Assembly: GCA_964565945.1 (NCBI GenBank)
Contig: CAZMGY010000012.1
Location: 1,966-65,965, forward strand
DNA length: 64,000 nt
Reading direction: 5' to 3'
From: an uncultured bacterium
GTDB taxonomy: Bacteria; GCA-001730085
Positions 53,901 to 62,900 of the stretch are shown in pieces. The notes under the pieces are model-generated. The model was not told the DNA's origin and did no database searches. It saw only the letters and a list, made by a program, of their open reading frames with translations. Every line of letters starts with the position of its first letter. Position 1 is the stretch's first letter. Position numbers and translations under genes: made by a program.

Positions 53901-56900
53901 GCTGCTATGGTGTCTACAGGAGGGGCTGCATTACCTCTAATTTTTGCTGCTTTCGCTTTTGGAGCGGCGTATTCTTTGATCCAAACCACTATTTATTACG
54001 ACAAGTATCGTCAGGCGGATACTAAAGCCGAAAAAGAAAAATATTTAAAGTTAGCTTCAAAGTATGCGGCTTATGCGATTACGATTCCTTTTGAGATCGT
54101 TTTCTTCTTCACTGGTTTGCTGGGTTTGGCCGCCACGGCTTTGCGCAGTTGGGATGACTTGTGGGATTCGATTAAGGGCTTTTCGGTGATGTACCTTGGC
54201 TTTATGGAAGGACTTCTTGGTTTTCCCGAGGGTTGGATCTATGACAACATGGTGTCTTTTATGGTGGATTGGGTGGATGAGTTTGGCGGAGATCTTGGAG
54301 GTTCTTTGGCTGTCTTACCATTGTTACTGATTATGGTGTTTGTTGCTGCGATTATTGCAGGTCCAATTGCTATGATTTTTGTGTTGCCATTGCTGTTTGC
54401 TTGGGCTGATGTATCTTTCCTCTACACCGATGAACAGAAACAGAACGTCGAAGTTAAAATCGAGGAACGTCAAAACGCTCTTTTCACTGAGCAGCATCGA
54501 CATATCACACGAACGATTGCAGCTCTGATAGGTATCCTTATGTTGCGTGCTTGGAGTCAAAGTAAAGCGCAAATGAAGCATAAGGTAAAATTGGCGGATA
54601 AACAAATCAAGGCTTTTAATAAACTCAAGCAGGTTGAAAAGCAAAATCAGAAAAACCTAAAAATGACTCGAGAGCAAGTGGTTGAGTCCAATGCCCGTAT
54701 TCGCATGATGGAAGCCAAAATGTGGAAAGAGATTAAAACGAGTACAGATTTGAATCAAGCGAAGCTTTTTTGGCACAAAGTTGGTTCACTTGTATCGTTG
54801 CCAATACGAGTCTTGCATTTTATTGTGACAATCCCTTTTATGGTGTACGGTCTTTTGAATGGTTTAATGATGCGCTCGCTCTCCAACATACGTCAAAAAC
54901 CAATTAGCTACTTGAAGGGTAAGGCGGTTGACGCGGCTAATCGTTCACGACGATCACAAGAGGTGACAAAAACTAATTTGACACAGAAACAGGAAGCCTC
55001 TCGTGAATCGTTCACCTTGTCGCAACGTTTGATTACCAGTATTAATCAGATTCGTAGGGGATGGGATCAGGTTAAGGATGTGATATTCCGTTCTCGCAAG
55101 GAGCGCATTTTGCGTCCTCTTGATACAAAGTCAGGTGTTGTAGGCTTCTCTTCGGGGCGTGGCATTATGGATTATCAGAGAATGTACAAAGGTCGTCCAG
55201 AGGTTAGCTCGGGGCTTGCTTTGAGCGGAGTTAAGCAAAACGAGAGTGGTAAGTTTGAAGAGAAAACACCTCAAGAATTGATTAATACTCTTAAACAGTC
55301 CGAAAGACATTTGGCTGAGAGTGTCCGCAAATGGGAGACCCAAACCTATAAAGCTTACTTGCAATTAAAGTCGGATGGCGTTCAGTCTCAAAGCAAAAAA
55401 GGCGAAAAGACGGTGAGTGATGCAAGTGCTGTGATTCAAGGTGAGCGCTTCTTGTGGGATAACGTGTTGCCAAGCTACGAAGTTCAAAAAATGGATTTTA
55501 GCAAAATGGGCTTTAAAAAGTTTGTGTCGCGTGCTTGGTGGGGACGTTTTTCGACCAAAGCTTACTGGCGTGATGTCTGGGAGGGTATGAAGTGGGATAA
55601 GCGTGACCCGAATGATCCGGATCAGCCTGGTACCCTTGCCAAGTCAGGGCGATTTTTCTCTCGTGCGTCTTTTGCCTTAAAACGAGCTATTATGAAAGAT
55701 CAAGCTAAGGGTGGGTCTTGGGCTGAAAGTGTTCGTTACAATGCTTTGCTCAAGCAGCAGATGGGAACTAAGAAAGCTAAGGTTTTCAAAGAACGCCTCG
55801 AAGAATCTCCGCAACAATATATGCGAACTCTTGCTCAGTGGATGGCTGAAGGTCAGTTGCGTGAAGGGAATGTGAATAGCCGTGGAGGGCAAGTGAGACA
55901 TAAATTATTTATGGAGCATGCGCTTAAAGATATTATCGCTTTTCAAAACGGATCAAATCTTTCCGCCAAGGCTCTTGACGGGGCTTTTTGGAAGACTTTG
56001 CATGAGGAAAGCACACAAAGTCTTCAGGGAATGAACAAATTTTCTCGTTTAGAACTACAAGTGATTGAAGCTTATTGGAATGTGCTAAGTAAGTATCAGG
56101 GGGCGAACTCTTTAAGTGGGATTGATAAACTTGAAATACGTAAAGCCTTAGAGCACGAATTGGTTGAAAGTTTTGTGAATCGGATGGACGGTGTAGCTGT
56201 GATGTTGCGTTATTCCGAAGTGCGTAACGAACAAGGTGAACTGACCAGCTATGATCTGGAGCGGGCAGAAGCCTTTATGCAAAAAGGTTTCTTTCAGTTC
56301 AGTGAGTTCTTTTTGCCGAAGTTACGAGCGTTTAAAAATGTCTATGGTGGTTATGACGGCCGCGAAGAGAGTGGCAATATGGTTCTTAACCGCAAAGGCG
56401 ACAGTCCAGATCACTTTAACGATATGTACAAAGCGCTTAAAGAGAATCAATCGGATGCTTTCTTGCGAGAAGTTGCCTTTCAGTTTCAGCGTATGCCAGA
56501 AAGTGGCCTGTTTTCTCGCAAATTAAAGGTTGAAACCAAGACTTTGAATAGCATGGCAGAAAACTTAGGGAGAAACAACTTTGAGAGTTTAACAACGGCT
56601 CAGCAAACGGCTGTTTTGATTCGTATTCTTGAGAGACGGGGTCTTTTGGAAAATATGAAGAAAATGCTGGGTGAAAAACAGATTGAGTTGGTTATTCTTG
56701 AACATTTAACAGATGCTAAGTCGATTCAGGCCACTGTGATGGAACTTTACAAGGAAGCGACCAAGCCTCCAACAGATCCAAAAGCACCTAAGCCAACGGT
56801 ACCTTCGGATGTTAATCAGCTGCGTCAAGAGTTTGGTCAAAGCAACGCTAACTCTAAAGTGGTTCAAGAGATGAATAGCTTGTTCGAAATTACGGAACCT

Positions 56901-59900
56901 TTTAAGCGTGCCCAAAAATGGACTGAGCATAGCGAATCTTATGTTTATAATCAAGCACGGACCAACGCTATGAAGCTGTTTGCCGAAGAGTCGGCTCGTC
57001 ATATGGACAGCTTGCCAGAACGATTTGCTTTAACTAACGATAGTTATACAATGACGGAGATTAAGGATGCGATGGTGAAGGCTATTGAACCTGTACTGGC
57101 CAAATCAATTACGCATAAGGTCGACCGTCAAAAAGCGGCGCGAAAGTTGGCTCATGAGATTCTCGAGTCAGGGGCGACAGCTGGCCTGATTAAAGTCGAA
57201 AAGGCTCTTTATTTGGAAACGGTCTCTTTGTTTAAATTGCCTCAAAATATTGGCAAAGTGATTGAACAAGCTGACTTGCCAGCGCCTGTTAAAGAAGCTT
57301 TACTTCGCGAAGTTGTGTTGGATCAGATTGTTAGTGCTCTTCGTCTGGAACGGGTTAGTTTAGGAAACAGTGGGGAAGGGATGATTGAGGTTTTGAGCAA
57401 AAACTCCGAAGGACGTTCGGAACTTCTCTTTAATTATGCCAAATTAATTGAGCTAATTCGTAAAGAAGGTGGCAAGCTGGATGCCAGCAAAGAGGTAGAG
57501 TTGTTGCGTATTTTGGAAGCCACTCTCTATGAAGTGACTGGCTACAGTAAAAATAACGCCTATCGCGAAGGAATAAATTACGAAGTCAAGTGGTCGAAAT
57601 TCAATGAGAAATATGTGGGCAAAGGCGAGCAACAAGGTATGATCAATATGGAAAAACTGGTTCATGATTTGGTCGAAGTTTACAAAAAACGTTTTGCTGG
57701 AGAGTTGAGTGAGGCGGCCGTGGAAACCTTAGGGCATGCCACGGGCATGTTTGTGACCTTATCACGTCAAGCCGATACTTTTGCTAGACATTGGGAAAAA
57801 GCGGAAAAAGTTTCCTTCAGTTTTCTGCCGATTCAGCTTGAGGCGGTGTTGGCGATGTTGTCGGGGGGTAACTTGGCTCTTCAAATTCCAACAGGTTTTG
57901 GTAAAACCAACGTGATCACGCCATTCTTTGCCTTAACTTTTTTAGGTGCGGGTGAGTACTTCCCTAATAGCAAAAAGTTGATTCTGGAAGTACCCGAAGC
58001 GGGTAAGGTTGGCGAAATGGATAACGCCCAGTTCAAAATGATTCTCGAAAAAGAATTCGGAGAGGGTGCGCGTGAGCGTTTAACCGCTCAGATGCTTGAT
58101 GCTCAAGTGACATCGAATCCTTTGGAAATGCAACGCTTAATGAAAGCCAGAGTTGTTTTTACCGCGACCGATTGCCTCAATTTTTTGGACTTGTCGGCGC
58201 GGAATCCGCACAAAGCTAAAGATTCCAATGCGATCGCTTTGCGTGATGCTTTAGTTAAAGGTACCACGAGGATTGTGGATGAGATTCATAAATTTGTAAC
58301 CCAGCAAAAGAGCTTTGTGACGGGAACGGATGCTGGTGAAGTGGCTGTGGGTGTGCGCGATGCTAAATTAGCACATTACATTACGGAACAAGCTTTGAAC
58401 TTGATTCAGGAAAAACTAGGCAAGGGCGAAGCTATCTATAATTCTCAAGGAGGTTTTGCCTCAGGTGCAGAGAAGGTTTTACTTGGGAAACGAATGGGGC
58501 AGGGTGTTTTACGCTTTAATCCTGAACGTGTTGGAAATACGGATGTGGCTTTTAGTGCTGCTTTTAAAGTGGAGTTATTGCGGAGGTTGCAAACCAGTCG
58601 ATTGGATGGGTTTAACTTGAGCAGTCAGGCCGCAAAGCTTATGGATCGTTTTGGTGGCCGTGGTGAAAAAGAATTAGCGAATCGCTTGAAGACTCTTTAC
58701 AAGGTGGGTGAACACGATGTTTATTCGGCACCTCAGTTTGTTTTCCATTATTTGGATCATTTGGCGCAGTCCTTTTCGGGACGGACGCGTGTGAAGGAGT
58801 TGCAAAACCGTTATGGTCCCAACCAGGCTTATGAGGTTTTATTGGATTCGAAAAGCAAAATGATTGAACGTGATGAGCATGGTGTGCCTCGGGTTGTTCC
58901 GATGAGTGGTGGGGAAAAACAAGTTAGCCAGAAATACTCGAATCGTGAACATGTTCTATCGATCTATTATTCAACGCTGGCTCAGCATATGTTTCAAGAT
59001 GGTCGTTTTACGGGCAGTTGGAAGAAATCTTTGATTCAGGATGCTAGTCGCATTAAATTACAGCCTGATTCCTATCGCTTGAAGTTAAGCGATCACTTAG
59101 AGATGGCCACACGCGCTGGTCGTGTGCTGGGTTTTTCTGGATCGGTGGTAGGTTCTCAGCAGGCGTTTGAGTTTATGATGGGGATGAAAGTTTGGACCTC
59201 CCAAAGAGCCGAATATAAATTGGCTGGTGATACCGTCGGTAAGTACGTAATTGATCCGATGATGCGTTTGCATCAGAACGAAGTGAGTCAAATTGATAGC
59301 CACGGTATGCGAGAAAAGTTTGAAAAAGCCTTAACCGAAGGTGCCACTGTAACCCCACAGTATCGTCAAATGATTGAGAAACGCTTGAAAGAGCGCTTAC
59401 GTTTCGAAAAAGAAAGTCGAATGGAATTAGCTCAAATCGAAGGACTACTTAAGGAAGTTCCTAAGATTAAAGATGCTTTGTGGCTTCGTGAAAAAACATC
59501 AAGCTCAGAAGGCAAAGAGGCGATTCGTCCTGGTAGCACGAATCCTTTAACCCAACGTTTATTTAATGAGGCGCTGAGACATCAAAAAATCTATGATTTA
59601 TCTGCCAAGCAGGTTAATGAAGGCTATTTGAAGGATCGTACCATCAATCATGACAAGTTGTCGCCGCAGGATCGTTCGGCAAACTATGAAGTGATCAAAA
59701 ATGAAATTGTGGCCGAAGCTAGCTATTTAAGAGCTAAGCATGAGCAAGCTTTGCGTCATCAAGCCGAAATGGAAAAAGGTACCCCTCTTACTAAGCGAGA
59801 GCTTGAAACACTTCGCGAAAAAGTGATGAGCATCGAAGAGACGCGCCAGTTGGCATCGCGTTTGATTGAGCTCAAAACTCAAGGGGATGTGTTAGGGCGT

Positions 59901-62900
59901 CATATTGTCAAGCAGATAATTGGTGACGGGTATGTGGCTCTTAAGGAAAAAGGTATTACGGCCGAAAAACTGATGGAGAGGCTTGAAATCCAAGTCCAGA
60001 ACATGATTACAAAGACGCTGAAAAAGATCCCTACCGACTCTTCGATAGAGGGTCATCACGCTCTCGTGGTGGATTATACGGTTTCAACCCGAATGGAAAA
60101 TCTACATACTCTGCTCGAGGAAGCGGCTAAGGCCAACAAAGATGTGATTGTTAAGGATTTGACTGGAGAATGGCGTTTGTTCTTGCATAAAGAAAAACAA
60201 AATTGGGTTAATCGTGAAACAGGTCAGATTGAATTTTCACGTACTTTGCGCTTCGATCAAGATATGGCCAAGTCGTTGCTTGATAAAGGTAAAACAGAGG
60301 TTCCTGCCGAATTTGTGGCCGAGATACAAGCCCGTGGTCTAAAACTAACCCAGGGTAGAAAAGGTGAAATGCTATTGTACCGCAACGGTAGCGAACCTGG
60401 TCAGTTGAATGTAGATATTGGAGCTGTTTATTTATTCCCCGCGGGTGCGACGGGAACCAACTTGGAGATGAAAGCGAGTGGAAAATTTCGCCAAAAAATC
60501 ATTAAGATTTTTGATCGTCAGATGCTCGAGAAAGAGTTTCAACAAGGTTTGGGTCGTGATCGCGGAGTGCGTGTTGAACCTGTGGACGGTGTGGGTTTTA
60601 AATTGCCATCGGAGCGTCACGTTTACTTTATGTCGCCCGAAGGTAAATACCAGTATGAAGGGGTGAAGGGGCAGGTGAAAACGGGTAATATGTTGCACAG
60701 CAATGGAACGGTTGATTTGCATCAGCTGTTTCATATGCTTCGCACCAACCAAGAAGTGAATACTAAAGTACAAAACTTTCGTCAGGCCAGTGAAGCTTTG
60801 TATGAACCGCATAATCGGGTGGTTTCAGAAGTGTTGCGCTTAATTCGTCCTCATGAAGAACAATTGTTCCATGTGAAAAAATTGCTTAAAGATCACTTGA
60901 AAAACATTCAGAACGAAAAGCGCGAAGCCTTTCGTGTTTCCCTTTTGGAGACTAAGAGTACAACTCTCGTTTTGCAAGATATGGCGCGTAAAGCTAACAA
61001 TCAAATGATTAAGTTGCTTGATGCTCTCGAAGGGAAGGGCCTAAAAATGAATTTTGCCAATCTTATGGGACAGGGAGAAGTGTTGTCAGCGATTAATCGC
61101 ATGCCAGCCAACCGCACCTTCAACCTTCTTCGCAGTGATGTGAAGGAGCTTTTGCAAACGCATCGAGATGGTTTAAAAGGCGACTTGCGTTTTGCTGATA
61201 TTAGTCGCGCTGTACCTGAAGGTGGTTTGATGAATGCGAAAACAATGGCTGATGTGATTAATGTGATTAGCAGTTTGGGTCGCGATGCTTTATTGGCTAA
61301 AACTAGCCAACGGACGTATTCGGGTGAAATTTCGCGTCAAACAGTTTCGGCCAAATCGATGTCTGGTTTGGCTGAAAATGCTTACAAACGATTGCGTTCT
61401 GATGGTGCTATTAGTCAGAAACAATGGCAACTGGCTCAAAATCGAGCCAAAACCAAGATGATGAAGTTACATCGCTATAGCAAAGTTCGCAAACGTTTGC
61501 GTTTGGACGAAGCGAACCGTAGCGATGGTGTTAAGTCCAATAGTTTCTTCAAACGGATGTGGAATTATCGTTCAAACCAAGAGAAACGTAAGCCTGTCTA
61601 TGCTCAGTGGAATGTTGAGACGCGTGATGAGCAGTTTGAAAAAGTGATGAAGTCTGACGCTCTCTTGCGCAGTGAGTACATGGTGGAAACCATGAATGCA
61701 TTGTTTGCCCAACCCGACGTCGCAATTGAAAAACGTTATCGTGAAGCTCTCGATAAAGTCGTTAAAACTTTTGGTGCCAAAAGTTGGCGCCCCGCAACTC
61801 CTAAGGTTTTGGATGCAGATTCCTTGTATAAACTCTACACTGAATACCATTTTTACAATAAAACGGCGTTGCTGATGCACGTGAAAGAGTTTGATTGGTT
61901 GCGTGAACTTTTTTTTGGAGAACTTAATGTGGATAACGATACCGTTGTATTAGATGATGGCGTATCGGTTTTTGCTCACAAGGATATCACGGCGCAGTTA
62001 GAAAAAATGGTCACAGACGAGCTTAGTCCGTTGCACCAAGCGATCCAAGCGAAACATGCTTCGGATAATGCTGTTAGGGTTCAGCAAGTGACGCTTAATT
62101 CGCGTTGGACTGGCGAACAAAGCGATCAACTGATTCATGTCTCTGTCCAGTTTTCTGATGAATTGACGGGGGATAGTTACCAAGAGGATGTGACCTTTGT
62201 TTATCGCAATTACAAAAGGTTCCTGTGGCAGCTCCCAAATCATCGGCAACTTGTCACAGTGGCCGATTATTTGGGAGCTGCCACAGGAACCTTTAATGAA
62301 AACAAGGTGTTGAAGCTGGGTGAGCTTGCTGGACGTGAAGTACTTCGTAAGATGAATACTCGCATACGTACTGAACTAGAAGCAGAACAATCTTTTAAAA
62401 TATTCATTCAAAAAGCTTATCAAGATGGTTTGGATTTGGCCAAAGAGGTTGGCTTGCAGGATGAGTTGCTGCAGCGATTCTTGGAAGAATATCAAAAGGG
62501 CCTTGCTGGGACAGCACCCAATGCTTCATTAAGAGCTCGTTTGACCCAGTTGGGTACTTCTGAACACAGGGGGGCTAACTTTGTGCGCCACTTTATAGTG
62601 CTGGATCAATTGGTGCAAAAGATTGAGAAAGCTGGTGTTTTCAAAAAAGGTTCTTTGGATCGTTCCAAATTACGTCAGAAGATACTGAGTGCTCAGGTGA
62701 GCGTTCTAAAGCATGCTCGAAGCGACGCAGATGATAAACAACCAAAAGCTACGGATAAGGTTGAAGAAACCTTATCCCTAAGGCAGGCGGTGCTTAAACT
62801 TCAGCAAGAGCCAGGCAATGCTCGTTTGGAGGTCGCTATTAACGAAAGGCTCAAATTACTTGTGGAAAGCGAGCTGAAGGTTCAAACGCGTCAACGAGCT

